From a virus: a DNA stretch of 26,467 nt. The stretch lies in the UHGV virus genome UHGV-0118441. One strand, 5' to 3'. The position numbers were made by a program, and so were the translations under genes. Each line of letters opens with the position of its first letter. Position 1 is the stretch's first letter. Below are positions 1 to 8,956 of the stretch, one piece after another. The notes under the pieces were generated by a model. It saw only the letters and a list, made by a program, of their open reading frames with translations. It had not been told where the DNA came from and made no database searches.

Positions 1-9
1 TTAGCAAGG

Positions 10-29
10 TTGTGTACATTTGTACACAA
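10..29. promoter_or_regulatory. Perfect 9-bp inverted repeat (TTGTGTACA-tt-TGTACACAA), candidate TetR-type operator
   Basis: Palindrome read directly, 20 bp upstream of the regulator ATG; TetR-family proteins usually autoregulate through such dyads. Confidence 0.4.
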
Positions 30-49
30 TTGCAGACAGAGGAAATGAC

Positions 50-586
50 ATGCGTCGCGCTAACGATCCGCAACGGCGAGAAAAAATTATCCAGGCCACG
101 CTGGAGGCGGTGAAACTTTACGGAATACATGCTGTTACGCACCGCAAAATTGCTACCCTTGCCGGGGTACCGTTGGGATCGATGACCTACTATTTTTCAG
201 GAATTGATGAGTTGTTGCTGGAGGCGTTCAGCAGTTTTACTGAGATTATGTCCCGGCAATATCAGGCATTTTTTAGCGATGTTAGTGATGCTCAAGGCGC
301 ATGCCAGGCTATCACCGATATGATCTACAGCTCACAGGTTGCAACGCCGGATAATATGGAGCTGATGTACCAGCTCTACGCGCTGGCTAGCCGAAAACCG
401 CTATTAAAAACGGTAATGCAAAACTGGATGCAGCGCAGTCAGCAAACGCTCGAACAATGGTTTGAACCCGGAACCGCCCGCGCGCTTGATGCGTTTATTG
501 AGGGGATGACGCTGCATTTTGTCACCGACCGTAAGCCGCTATCGCGCGAGGAGATTTTGAGGATGGTTGAGAGGGTTGCAGGGTAG
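50..586 (+). CDS. TetR/AcrR-family transcriptional regulator (host flank)
   Basis: ORF 20..586; N-terminal HTH-like segment ([38 protein letters not shown]) typical of the TetR family. ATG at 50 is preceded by GAGGA; the in-frame TTG at 20 is likely a caller artefact. About 178 aa. Confidence 0.8.
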   Translation: MRRANDPQRREKIIQATLEAVKLYGIHAVTHRKIATLAGVPLGSMTYYFSGIDELLLEAFSSFTEIMSRQYQAFFSDVSDAQGACQAITDMIYSSQVATPDNMELMYQLYALASRKPLLKTVMQNWMQRSQQTLEQWFEPGTARALDAFIEGMTLHFVTDRKPLSREEILRMVERVAG

Positions 587-609
587 TAGATAAATTTTAG
601 ATAACAAAA

Positions 610-631
610 AACCCATTTATGTAAATGGGTT
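610..631 (-). terminator. Stem-loop (AACCCATTTA-tg-TAAATGGGTT) with T-run on the minus strand; likely terminator of the cI-int transcript near the prophage/host junction
   Basis: Perfect 10-bp stem, 2-nt loop; on the minus strand it is followed by TTTTTTGTTAT. Lies just beyond the int stop at 691. Confidence 0.5.
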
Positions 632-690
632 AGTGAAAACAACGACTTGCAAGATAATCAATAAGTTAGGTTGGTGGTCAGTGGTGGTTA

Positions 691-1743
691 TTACGGGGTA
701 ATGCCAACCGCTGCCGCCACTTTGTCGCCACTTGGCAGCGTTGCCAGAGGATTGAAACGGAGCGCCGTTTCCAGATGATCCGGTGCCAGATGTGCGTAAC
801 GCATAGTCATTTTTATATCGTGGTGTCCGAGAATTTTTTGTAAGGCCAGAATGTTTCCACCCGACATCATGAAGTGCGCCGCAAACGTATGGCGCAGAAC
901 GTGTGTGAGTTGACCGCGAGGGAGCACGATAGACGTTTTTTCCATCACGGATAAAAATTGAAAATAGCAGTCTGTGAAGAAATTGAACCCATCAAGCGCC
1001 ATGATCTCTTCGTAAAGCTCTTTACTGATAGGGATGCTTCTGTTTTTCTTCCCCTTCGTTCTTACAAAGGTAATTCGGTATTTGGTCACCTGTGAACGAG
1101 TAAGATTTACGGCTTCTCGCCAGCGTGCGCCTGTGCTTAAGCATATCTTAACTACCAGTGCCAGAATTGGGTCCTGACGTTTGCAATCAGCCAGTAATTC
1201 AACAATCTGCTCATGGGTAAGCCATGCCATCTCTTTTTCTGCGATGGTGAATTTTCGCATGTTCTCCAGTGGGTTCGGATACGACCATTCGCCCAGGCGG
1301 GATAGTTCGCTAAAAACACTACTTAGATAGCTTTGCTCCAGGTTAATGGTGACCGGGCTTGCTCCTTTCTTCCATTTCTCGCTGAAGTAGATCTCACCTG
1401 TCAGGCGTTTATCTCGATAGTGGGCAAACATTTTAGAGGTTAGATCAGTTGCAAGGGGATTGCCCAGAGCGTCAACCATCAGCAGCAATTTGTCATAGAC
1501 ATGCTGCCCAGCAGTCAGTGATTTACCATGTAGTTTGAACCATAGCTCAACCACGTCTTTCAGTGTTCGACGATCCACTGATTCACCTAGCCAGGGCTTT
1601 GCTTCGGTTTCTTCCATCGTGTGACGCTCAAAAGCCAGTGCTTCGCCTTTGGTGGCGAATTGTTTACGCACACGACGCCCACTACGTCCGGCGGGGTAAC
1701 ATTCGCAAAGCCATTTTCCTGTGGTGAGTTTTCGTACAGCCAT
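691..1743 (-). CDS. int: Tyrosine integrase (P2/186 Int family)
   Basis: ORF 691..1821; C-terminal tyrosine-recombinase signature (HVLRHTFAAHF ... LGHHDIKMTMRYAHL). The first ATG with sensible context is at 1743 (MAVRKLTTGKW), 350 aa. Confidence 0.9.
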   Translation of the reverse strand: MAVRKLTTGKWLCECYPAGRSGRRVRKQFATKGEALAFERHTMEETEAKPWLGESVDRRTLKDVVELWFKLHGKSLTAGQHVYDKLLLMVDALGNPLATDLTSKMFAHYRDKRLTGEIYFSEKWKKGASPVTINLEQSYLSSVFSELSRLGEWSYPNPLENMRKFTIAEKEMAWLTHEQIVELLADCKRQDPILALVVKICLSTGARWREAVNLTRSQVTKYRITFVRTKGKKNRSIPISKELYEEIMALDGFNFFTDCYFQFLSVMEKTSIVLPRGQLTHVLRHTFAAHFMMSGGNILALQKILGHHDIKMTMRYAHLAPDHLETALRFNPLATLPSGDKVAAAVGITP

Positions 1744-1931
1744 AAAAAATGCCCTCCAATAGAGAGCATTTTTACTGTATGTATAACCAGTGTCAATGTA
1801 TGAAATCCTGCGACCATACATCTCACTGAAGCCATAATGAAGTAGGCTATTCTTTTTGCTATGTGATCATGTAACTTTTGCGGTTAACCTGTGGCTCATT
1901 TTTATTTTAGGCGCAGATATAAAAGCAAAAG

Positions 1932-2123
1932 TTATCGTGAGTTTTTAGTACAGATTTTTTTGGATTTACTAATAGTTCCATCATTGCAAACGAATTTGCC
2001 ATCAGAGGTACAGTGAGAAACACCTCCCTTTTTCCCTGAGCAGGGATAATTTCTAGCATAGGTAGCTAGTGGGTTTAATAACAAAGAACATGACAAAACC
2101 ACAAAAAATACCTTACCAAGCAT
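1932..2123 (-). CDS. Small secreted, Cys/Lys-rich protein (63 aa), function unknown
   Basis: ATG with a strong RBS (GGGAGGAAATT-ATG). N-terminal signal peptide [23 protein letters not shown] with an A-x-A-like cleavage site; mature part about 40 aa with 4 Cys. Sits between cI and int on the same strand. Confidence 0.5.
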   Translation of the reverse strand: MLGKVFFVVLSCSLLLNPLATYARNYPCSGKKGGVSHCTSDGKFVCNDGTISKSKKICTKNSR

Positions 2124-2138
2124 AATTTCCTCCCGGTA

Positions 2139-2708
2139 CTATTTAACATACTTGACTGTTAAACTTATAATTTTACCAATTATTTCAATGTCTTCTATCT
2201 TACATTCAAAGGCTCTGTTTCCACCCTCGACGAAGATTCTTCCACCGGGTAAACGAGTAATGTCACGGATCGTTATTTCGCCATCAATACTTATTACCCA
2301 TTTACCATCACGTATATCATCAAATTCCTTATCACAAATAAATTCAGAATTATTATCTGTGATTACAAAAAGATTCTTGAATGCCGACGGTAGAAATTCT
2401 CTATCGAAAATATAAAAACCGTCTTCACACAAGGCCCCATCAGATAATACATATTTAGCAACTTCCATAGTATTTGTATTACCTGAAGTTTGCTTTGAAC
2501 CATGCCCGGTTGTGAGCCAATTAAGCGAGGTGCCTGTTTCAAGGGCGCACTGGATTACCCATTCTGCTGGGAATGAGTCACGCATGTAGCGTGTGGCGAG
2601 TGTACTTTTAGAGATTCCTAAATGATCGCACAACGCCTGTCGAGTCTTGAATCCATAAGCTTCTACCATGCGCTCTATGGCGCCTCGTCCGCCTTTCTCC
2701 AAATTCAT
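2139..2708 (-). CDS. cI: CI-type immunity repressor (phage 186 CI-like, about 190 aa)
   Basis: ORF 2139..2714; N-terminal HTH (TRQALCDHLGISKSTLATRYMR), length and position upstream of int match 186 CI. Probable ATG at 2708 with a GGAG RBS. Confidence 0.8.
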   Translation of the reverse strand: MNLEKGGRGAIERMVEAYGFKTRQALCDHLGISKSTLATRYMRDSFPAEWVIQCALETGTSLNWLTTGHGSKQTSGNTNTMEVAKYVLSDGALCEDGFYIFDREFLPSAFKNLFVITDNNSEFICDKEFDDIRDGKWVISIDGEITIRDITRLPGGRIFVEGGNRAFECKIEDIEIIGKIISLTVKYVK

Positions 2709-2732
2709 GGTCACTCCAAGTGAACTTTTATC

Positions 2733-2761
2733 TTGACGATTTCACAGTGCGATCGTATGTT
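2733..2761 (+). promoter_or_regulatory. Candidate rightward lytic promoter (pR-like): TTGACG-17 bp-TATGTT
   Basis: Near-consensus sigma70 hexamers with 17-bp spacing in the cI/apl divergent region, directed toward apl. Confidence 0.45.
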
Positions 2762-2833
2762 TATGGTGTTCACAAAATACAAACGATCCGTATTCGTCCT
2801 GATTAATCATCATTAAACGAGGAATGTTGCATC

Positions 2834-3055
2834 ATGAGACCTAACATTTCAATCACTCTTACCACGCCTCATGTGACTATTGAACGCTATAGCGAGCTGA
2901 CAGGGCTATCCATCGATACCATCAATGACATGTTGGCTGATGGACGCCTTATCCGTCACCGTCTGCGCAAAGATAAAAAACGCGAAAAAGTGATGATCAA
3001 CATAGCAGCAATGACCGTTGATGCGCTTTCAGAATGCAATCTAAACCTTAATTAG
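2834..3055 (+). CDS. apl: Apl/Cox-like excisionase and switch regulator (73 aa)
   Basis: First gene of the rightward operon, divergent from cI; small basic protein with an HTH-like segment ([24 protein letters not shown]). Call rests on synteny with 186 apl. Confidence 0.55.
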   Translation: MRPNISITLTTPHVTIERYSELTGLSIDTINDMLADGRLIRHRLRKDKKREKVMINIAAMTVDALSECNLNLN

Positions 3056-3087
3056 TTCGATTCTGAAATACATCAGAGGCATTGACC

Positions 3088-3597
3088 ATGTTTGATTACC
3101 AAGTTTCCAAACATCCACATTTTGATGAAGCCTGTCGTGCATTTGCACTGCGCCACAATCTGGTGCAACTGGCAGAACGTGCAGGCATGAATGTGCAGAT
3201 TCTGCGGAACAAGCTGAACCCAGCTCAGCCTCATTTATTAACCGCACCAGAAATCTGGCTGCTTACCGATCTGACTGAAGATTCAACGCTGGTAGATGGT
3301 TTTCTGGCACAGATTCATTGTCTGCCATGTGTACCGATTAATGAGGTGGCAAAAGAGAAACTGCCACATTACGTCATGAGTGCAACCGCAGAGATCGGGC
3401 GTGTTGCTGCAGGTGCGGTGTCTGGCGATGTAAAAACCTGTGCCGGTCGTCGTGATGCTATCAGCAGCATTAACTCTGTAACACGACTGATGGCGCTGGC
3501 GGCTGTTTCATTGCAGGCCCGTTTACAGGCTAATCCTGCGATGGCGAGTGCAGTTGATACCGTGACTGGCCTCGGTGCTTCATTTGGTTTGCTGTGA
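3088..3597 (+). CDS. cII: CII-like lysogeny-establishment activator (169 aa)
   Basis: ORF 3082..3597; ATG at 3088 with an AGAGG RBS. Sequence ([25 protein letters not shown]...) and length match my recollection of 186 CII. Confidence 0.75.
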   Translation: MFDYQVSKHPHFDEACRAFALRHNLVQLAERAGMNVQILRNKLNPAQPHLLTAPEIWLLTDLTEDSTLVDGFLAQIHCLPCVPINEVAKEKLPHYVMSATAEIGRVAAGAVSGDVKTCAGRRDAISSINSVTRLMALAAVSLQARLQANPAMASAVDTVTGLGASFGLL

Positions 3598-3604
3598 GGT
3601 GCTT

Positions 3605-3805
3605 ATGCTGACGAAAGAACCATCATTTGCATCGCTGCTGGTTAAACAAAGCCCGGCAATGCATTACGGTCACGGCTGGATCATGGGGGAGGATGGTAAA
3701 CGCTGGCATCCGTGCCGTTCACAAGATGAATTGCTGGCAGAACTATCTACGAAAAAACGGGGGAACAAATGGCTATTGAAGGCACTGCGGCGACTGTTCC
3801 ATTAA
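3605..3805 (+). CDS. Small early protein in the position of 186 fil (about 66 aa)
   Basis: ORF 3575..3805; ATG at 3605 with a GAGGTG RBS. Functional call is by synteny only. Confidence 0.45.
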   Translation: MLTKEPSFASLLVKQSPAMHYGHGWIMGEDGKRWHPCRSQDELLAELSTKKRGNKWLLKALRRLFH

Positions 3806-4110
3806 GCCCCGGTGAACGCCTGAATGGACTTAATCACATTGCGGAGTTAAGGGCGAAAGTTTTTGGCCTGAATATTGAGTCAGAGCTTGAGCGGTTTATT
3901 AAAGATATGCGTGATTCACGGGATATTAATAGCGAACAAAATAAACGGGCACTGGCTGCCATATTCTTTATGGCAAAAATTCCAGCTGAACGTCATAGCA
4001 TCAGCATTAATGAGCTGACCACTGACGAAAAGCGGGAGTTGATTAAAGCAATGAATCATTTTCGTGCAGTGGTGAGCTTATTTCCCAGACGGCTAACCAT
4101 GCCGAATTAA
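3769..4110 (+). CDS. Hypothetical early protein (113 aa; position of 186 dhr)
   Basis: ATG at 3769; overlaps the preceding gene by 37 nt in another frame. No motif recognised. Confidence 0.45.
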   Translation: MAIEGTAATVPLSPGERLNGLNHIAELRAKVFGLNIESELERFIKDMRDSRDINSEQNKRALAAIFFMAKIPAERHSISINELTTDEKRELIKAMNHFRAVVSLFPRRLTMPN

Positions 4111-4177
4111 CCAACTAATGAAATTAATGGCGTAAACCCGCCGGGCATCCCTTTATCTAAATTCAGGAGAATTGATT

Positions 4178-4411
4178 ATGCGTAATATTGAAACCCTCTC
4201 GACCAAAACCGGACCGGATGACGCAGGGCTTAATATTTTACTGACAGAGGCTCGTCTGGAAGAACGCCGGGCAAGGGCTGAAGCAATGGCAGCTCGCCTT
4301 GATAGCCTGGCGTGTCATATCACATCCCGCCAGCTAACCCACGTCGAAGCGGCAGAACTGCTTCGTGTGACTGCTGAAGCAATCCAGAACGAAGCGCAGG
4401 AGATCCACTAA
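4178..4411 (+). CDS. Hypothetical early protein (77 aa)
   Basis: ORF 4172..4411; ATG at 4178 with an AGGAGA RBS 7 nt upstream. Stop overlaps the next start (TAATG). Confidence 0.5.
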   Translation: MRNIETLSTKTGPDDAGLNILLTEARLEERRARAEAMAARLDSLACHITSRQLTHVEAAELLRVTAEAIQNEAQEIH

Positions 4412-4638
4412 TGGCTGATGCAATGGATCTCGTACAGCAGCGCGTTGAAGAAGAACGCCAACGCCATATCCGTGCTGCCCGTGCCAAAACGCCGGGCGTG
4501 TCCCGCGTGCTTTGCATTGAGTGTGAAGCGCCAATTCCGCCAGCACGCCGCCGTGCCATTCCGGGTGTGCAGCTTTGCATTACCTGTCAGGAAATCGCAG
4601 AGCTGAAAGGCAAACATTACAACGGAGGTGCTGTATGA
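4411..4638 (+). CDS. TraR/DksA-family C4 zinc-finger protein (75 aa)
   Basis: CIECEAPIPPARRRAIPGVQLCITC: four Cys in the C-x2-C-x17-C-x2-C spacing characteristic of TraR/DksA zinc fingers. AGGAG RBS. Confidence 0.7.
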   Translation: MADAMDLVQQRVEEERQRHIRAARAKTPGVSRVLCIECEAPIPPARRRAIPGVQLCITCQEIAELKGKHYNGGAV

Positions 4639-5492
4639 GCACCATCCTGAAATGGGCGGGAAATAAAACTGCCATAATGTCCGAACTAAAAAAACATCTT
4701 CCTGCTGGCCCGCGACTGGTTGAACCTTTCGCGGGTTCCTGTGCTGTGATGATGGAGACGGATTATCCCAGCTATCTGGTTGCGGATATTAATCCTGATT
4801 TAATCAACCTCTATAAAAAGGTTGCCGCTGATTGTGAATCGTTTATATCTCGCGCCAGAGTTTTATTTGAGATCGCAAACAGGGAGGTGGCTTATTACAA
4901 CATAAGGCAGGAGTTTAATTACTCAACTGAAATTACTGATTTCATGAAAGCGGTATATTTCCTGTATCTCAATCGTCACGGTTACCGTGGTTTATGTCGC
5001 TATAACAAGAGCGGGCATTTCAACATTCCCTACGGTAATTATAAAAATCCGTATTTCCCTGAAAAAGAAATTCGCGCATTTGCAGAAAAGGCCCAGCGAG
5101 CAACGTTTATCTGCGCCAGCTTTGATGAAACGCTGGCGATGTTGAAGGCGGGGGATGTGGTGTATTGCGATCCGCCGTATGACGGTACGTTTTCCGGCTA
5201 TCACACTGACGGCTTCACTGAAGATGACCAGTATCACCTGGCATCTGTTCTTGAACATCGGTCATCAGAAGGACATCCGGTCATTGTTTCTAACAGTGAC
5301 ACATCCCTGATCCGTTCGCTGTATCGCAATTTTACTCACCACTACATCAAGGCAAAACGCAGCATCGGTGTGGCAGCTGGCGAGGGTAAATCAGCAACAG
5401 AAATCATTGCTGTTTCCGGGCCGCGCTGCTGGGTGGGATTTGATTATTCGCGTGGCGTGGATAGTTCTGCCGTGTACGGAGTACGTGCATGA
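4635..5492 (+). CDS. Dam-type (D12 class) N6-adenine DNA methyltransferase
   Basis: ORF 4575..5492; ATG at 4635 with a GGAGGTG RBS ([12 protein letters not shown]...). Cofactor-binding motif FAGSCAV and catalytic DPPY ([10 protein letters not shown]). Start and stop both overlap neighbours as ATGA. Confidence 0.85.
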   Translation: MSTILKWAGNKTAIMSELKKHLPAGPRLVEPFAGSCAVMMETDYPSYLVADINPDLINLYKKVAADCESFISRARVLFEIANREVAYYNIRQEFNYSTEITDFMKAVYFLYLNRHGYRGLCRYNKSGHFNIPYGNYKNPYFPEKEIRAFAEKAQRATFICASFDETLAMLKAGDVVYCDPPYDGTFSGYHTDGFTEDDQYHLASVLEHRSSEGHPVIVSNSDTSLIRSLYRNFTHHYIKAKRSIGVAAGEGKSATEIIAVSGPRCWVGFDYSRGVDSSAVYGVRA

Positions 5493-7903
5493 GTCATGCC
5501 GATATGAACAACTGCTGCGGCTTTAACGAAGCTGCCGCATCGTTCTCATGGAACAGCTCGAAAAAGGCCATTAACCCTTATCTGGACCCGGTGGAAGTTG
5601 CGCCGGTTTCTACGCTTTCAAACCTGATCACTCTGTACGCTGCCGATAACGAGCAGGAACAGCTGCGCCGTGAGGCGCTGAGTGATCAGGTCTGGGAGCG
5701 TTATTTCTTTAATGAATCCCGTGATCCTGTCCAGCGCGAAATGGAACAGGATAAGCTCATTAGTCGGGCAAAGCTGGCGCATGAGCAGCAGCGTTTTAAT
5801 CCGGATATGGTCATTCTGGCGGACGTCAACGCCCAGCCTTCCCATATCAGCAAGCCGCTGATGCAACGTATTGAATACTTCAGCAGCCTGGGCAGGCCAA
5901 AGGCTTATTCCCGCTATTTACGTGAGACGATTAAGCCATGTCTGGAACGACTGGAGCATGTACGCGACAGTCAGCTATCTGCATCTTTTCGCTTTATGGC
6001 AAGCCATGAAGGGCTGGACGGCCTGCTGATCCTGCCTGAAATGAGTCAGGATCAGGTGAAACGCCTGTCCACCCTGGTAGCTGCGCATATGAGTATGTGC
6101 CTTGATGCCGCTTGTGGCGATTTGTATGCCACCGATGACGTTAAGCCAGAAGAAATCCGCAATACATGGGAAAGGGTGGCAGCGGAAACCCTGCGTCTGG
6201 ATGTCATCCCGCCTGCGTTTGAGCAACTCCGTCGGAAAAGAAACCGCCGTAAACCCGTGCCCTATGAACTCATTCCGGGTTCGCTGGCGCGTATGTTGTG
6301 CGCCGACTGGTGGTATCGGAAATTATGGAAGATGCGTTGCGAATGGCGGGAAGAGCAGTTGCGTGCTGTCTGCCTTGTCAGCAAAAAAGCATCTCCCTAT
6401 GTCAGCTATGAAGCCGTGTTGCATAAACGTGAGCAGCGCCGTAAGTCGCTGGAGTTTTTCCGTTCTCATGAACTGGTGAACGAAGACGGCGACACGCTAG
6501 ACATGGAGGATGTGGTAAACGCCAGCAGCAGCAACCCTGCGCATCGCCGCAATGAGATGATGGCCTGTGTTAAAGGTCTGGAGCTTATCGCGGAAATGCG
6601 CGGTGACTGCGCCGTTTTCTACACCATCACCTGTCCGTCACGTTTCCATTCCACGCTAAATAACGGCAGGCCCAACCCGACCTGGACAAATGCGACGGTA
6701 AGACAAAGCAGCGATTATCTGGTCGGTATGTTTGCTGCATTTCGTAAGGCGATGCACAAAGCCGGGTTGCGCTGGTATGGCGTGCGGGTGGCTGAGCCGC
6801 ATCACGACGGCACAGTTCACTGGCACCTGTTGTGTTTCATGCGCAAAAAAGACCGCCGCGCCATTACAGCATTGTTGCGTAAGTTTGCTATCCGTGAAGA
6901 CCGCGAGGAGCTGGGCAATAACACGGGGCCGCGCTTTAAGTCTGAGCTGATTAACCCGCGCAAAGGAACGCCGACAAGCTACATAGCGAAATACATCAGT
7001 AAGAACATTGACGGGCGTGGTCTGGCTGGCGAGATCAGCAAGGAAACGGGTAAATCTCTGCGTGATAACGCTGAATACGTGAATGCCTGGGCGTCTTTGC
7101 ATCGTGTTCAGCAATTCCGCTTCTTTGGCATTCCGGGGCGTCAGGCTTACCGTGAACTGCGATTGCTGGCTGGTCAGGCGGTAAGGCAAAAGGGGGACAA
7201 AAAAGCAGGTGCGCCGGTACTGGATAACCCGCGCCTTGATGCCATCCTGGCTGCTGCTGATGCTGGTTGTTTTGCCACCTACATCATGAAGCAGGGCGGC
7301 GTACTGGTTCCCCGTAAATATCACCTCATCAGAACCGCTTATGAAATCAACGAAGAGCCGACCGCCTATGGCGATCACGGCATTCGTATTTATGGCATCT
7401 GGTCACCCATTGCAGAGGGCAAGATCTGCACTCATGCAGTGAAGTGGAAAATGGTTCGTAAAGCCGTTGACGTTCAGGAGGCGGCAGCCGACCAGGGCGC
7501 TTGCGCCCCTTGGACTCGTGGCAATAACTGTCCCCTTGCTGAAAATTTGAACCAACAGGAGAAAGATAAATCAGCTGATGGAGACACCAGAACGGACATT
7601 ACCCGCATGGATGACAAGGAGTTGCACGATTACCTGCACAGTATGAGCAAAAAAGAGCGCCGGGAACTGGCAGCAAGGTTACGCCAGGTGAAGCCGAAAA
7701 GGCGTAAAGACTACAAACAGCGAATTACAGATCATCAGCATCAGCAGCTCGTCTATGAACTGAAGTCCAGAGGATTTGATGGCAGCGAGAAAGAGGTCGA
7801 TTTACTCCTTCGCGGTGGCAGTATTCCGTCAGGAGCAGGCCTGCGTATTTTCTATCGGAACCAGCGTTTGCAGGAAGATGATAAGTGGCGGAACCTGTAT
7901 TAA
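5489..7903 (+). CDS. A: Replication initiation protein A (P2 gpA-family rolling-circle endonuclease), 804 aa
   Basis: Size and position; HUH-like metal-binding motif (VHWHLLCF) and paired active-site tyrosines (YIAKYISK) as in P2/186 A proteins. Confidence 0.9.
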   Translation: MSHADMNNCCGFNEAAASFSWNSSKKAINPYLDPVEVAPVSTLSNLITLYAADNEQEQLRREALSDQVWERYFFNESRDPVQREMEQDKLISRAKLAHEQQRFNPDMVILADVNAQPSHISKPLMQRIEYFSSLGRPKAYSRYLRETIKPCLERLEHVRDSQLSASFRFMASHEGLDGLLILPEMSQDQVKRLSTLVAAHMSMCLDAACGDLYATDDVKPEEIRNTWERVAAETLRLDVIPPAFEQLRRKRNRRKPVPYELIPGSLARMLCADWWYRKLWKMRCEWREEQLRAVCLVSKKASPYVSYEAVLHKREQRRKSLEFFRSHELVNEDGDTLDMEDVVNASSSNPAHRRNEMMACVKGLELIAEMRGDCAVFYTITCPSRFHSTLNNGRPNPTWTNATVRQSSDYLVGMFAAFRKAMHKAGLRWYGVRVAEPHHDGTVHWHLLCFMRKKDRRAITALLRKFAIREDREELGNNTGPRFKSELINPRKGTPTSYIAKYISKNIDGRGLAGEISKETGKSLRDNAEYVNAWASLHRVQQFRFFGIPGRQAYRELRLLAGQAVRQKGDKKAGAPVLDNPRLDAILAAADAGCFATYIMKQGGVLVPRKYHLIRTAYEINEEPTAYGDHGIRIYGIWSPIAEGKICTHAVKWKMVRKAVDVQEAAADQGACAPWTRGNNCPLAENLNQQEKDKSADGDTRTDITRMDDKELHDYLHSMSKKERRELAARLRQVKPKRRKDYKQRITDHQHQQLVYELKSRGFDGSEKEVDLLLRGGSIPSGAGLRIFYRNQRLQEDDKWRNLY

Positions 7904-7995
7904 TTACGCAGGTTAACAATTCGTGCTCTTAATAATACCAGACATATCAGGCTGATGAACGTAAAAAAACGTTTTACATCAGTAAGATTATTATA

Positions 7996-8015
7996 TACTG
8001 TAAATATAAACAGTG
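7996..8015. promoter_or_regulatory. LexA (SOS) box TACTGTAAATATAAACAGTG
   Basis: Perfect CTGT-N8-ACAG with an AT-rich spacer, 42 bp upstream of the small ORF at 8057. A degenerate second copy may overlap at about 8013-8032. Confidence 0.6.
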
Positions 8016-8056
8016 GTTATGTATACAGTATTTCTTGTGGTGTTATAGGAGGAAAG

Positions 8057-8245
8057 ATGCAGGACTATTTTTTGGAGTCTTTGAAGCTCCAGCGCATTGA
8101 TTTTTTTCTTAAGCTTGTAGCGGCTAGTGAGTGTAGTGATGAAGAGAAAGGGCTGGCTCTGCAGTGGGTTTCTGAACTGACAGATGAACTCATGGCAAAA
8201 ATCAGAAGCCACGAATACAACCGCTCAATGGATGTCATCAGCTGA
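8057..8245 (+). CDS. Small SOS-controlled protein (62 aa); possible Tum-like antirepressor by position
   Basis: ORF 7955..8245; ATG at 8057 with an AGGAGG RBS, immediately downstream of the LexA box. No homology recognised; the antirepressor idea is by analogy with the 186 LexA-controlled tum operon. Confidence 0.45.
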   Translation: MQDYFLESLKLQRIDFFLKLVAASECSDEEKGLALQWVSELTDELMAKIRSHEYNRSMDVIS

Positions 8246-8255
8246 GGTGACTTTT

Positions 8256-8489
8256 ATGCGCATTGAAATAATGATCGATAAAGAGCAGAAGATTAGCCAG
8301 TCTACCCTGGACGCCCTTGAATCCGAGCTTTACCGCAATCTGCGCCCCCTGTATCCCAAAACGGTAATTCGCATTCGCAAAGGTAGCTCTAACGGTGTGG
8401 AACTAACCGGACTGCAACTGGATGAAGAAAGAAAACAAGTGATGAAAATTATGCAGAAGGTGTGGGAGGACGACAGCTGGCTGCATTAA
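8256..8489 (+). CDS. dinI: DinI-family protein (77 aa)
   Basis: ORF 8184..8489; ATG at 8256 with a GAGGTG RBS. MRIEIMIDKEQ...VMKIMQKVWEDDSWLH matches the DinI N-terminal MRIEV motif and acidic W-rich C-terminal helix. Confidence 0.8.
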   Translation: MRIEIMIDKEQKISQSTLDALESELYRNLRPLYPKTVIRIRKGSSNGVELTGLQLDEERKQVMKIMQKVWEDDSWLH

Positions 8490-8895
8490 GAAACATTGCC
8501 CCCAGGAGGATTCATTCTGATGGGGGCTAGTTTGGGTAGCGAGTGAAACGAGGCGTAAGGTGGGCGGCCATTTTGATAAGTGATTGTACGATTTGTGTTG
8601 TGAGTTCAACGGGTCGATGCAACGCTATCCTTAATCAAGGGGACGTTGCTCATACCCATCGATGCAATGAAAATCCATACTCATGGGGAAGACCAGAATG
8701 TCCCTGCCTTTTTCATTTTGTTCAGCACATGCACTATGGCCATTTCCTTCCCAAGCTAGCTATCGTAATCACTCAGCGTCAGTAAACTACTGAAAAATTG
8801 TTTTACCTTGTATATCAATAATGCCAAATCATACCCAAAAAATCGAAAATAATTAGATCGACAGGCAGAAGGCAATGTGAATAATCTTAAAAACC

Positions 8896-8925
8896 TTGAC
8901 TGCCAGTGAGGTTTGGTTCTATAAA
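8896..8925 (+). promoter_or_regulatory. Candidate sigma70 promoter for darTG (TTGACT-18 bp-TATAAA)
   Basis: Hexamers read directly, about 30 bp upstream of the darT ATG. Confidence 0.45.
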
Positions 8926-8956
8926 TAGACTTACGAATTTGAAAGGATGAGTTGAA

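Noticed and set aside
587-690. tRNA gene at the integration site
   Set aside because: Looked for a tRNA-like sequence because P2-like integrases often target tRNA/tmRNA 3' ends; the 104-bp gap is too short and has no acceptor/T-arm-like structure.
2762-2870. Leftward pL promoter for cI in the switch region
   Set aside because: Expected by analogy with 186 (convergent pR/pL), but only weak hexamers (for example TTGAAA ... CAACAT on the minus strand) could be found, so it is not annotated.
6656-7378. 240-aa ORF on the minus strand inside gene A
   Set aside because: Antisense to the well-supported replication gene; no independent signal.
8543-8785. 80-aa ORF in the dinI-darT spacer
   Set aside because: No RBS, Cys/His-rich but without regular zinc-finger spacing; sits in what looks like a non-coding junction.
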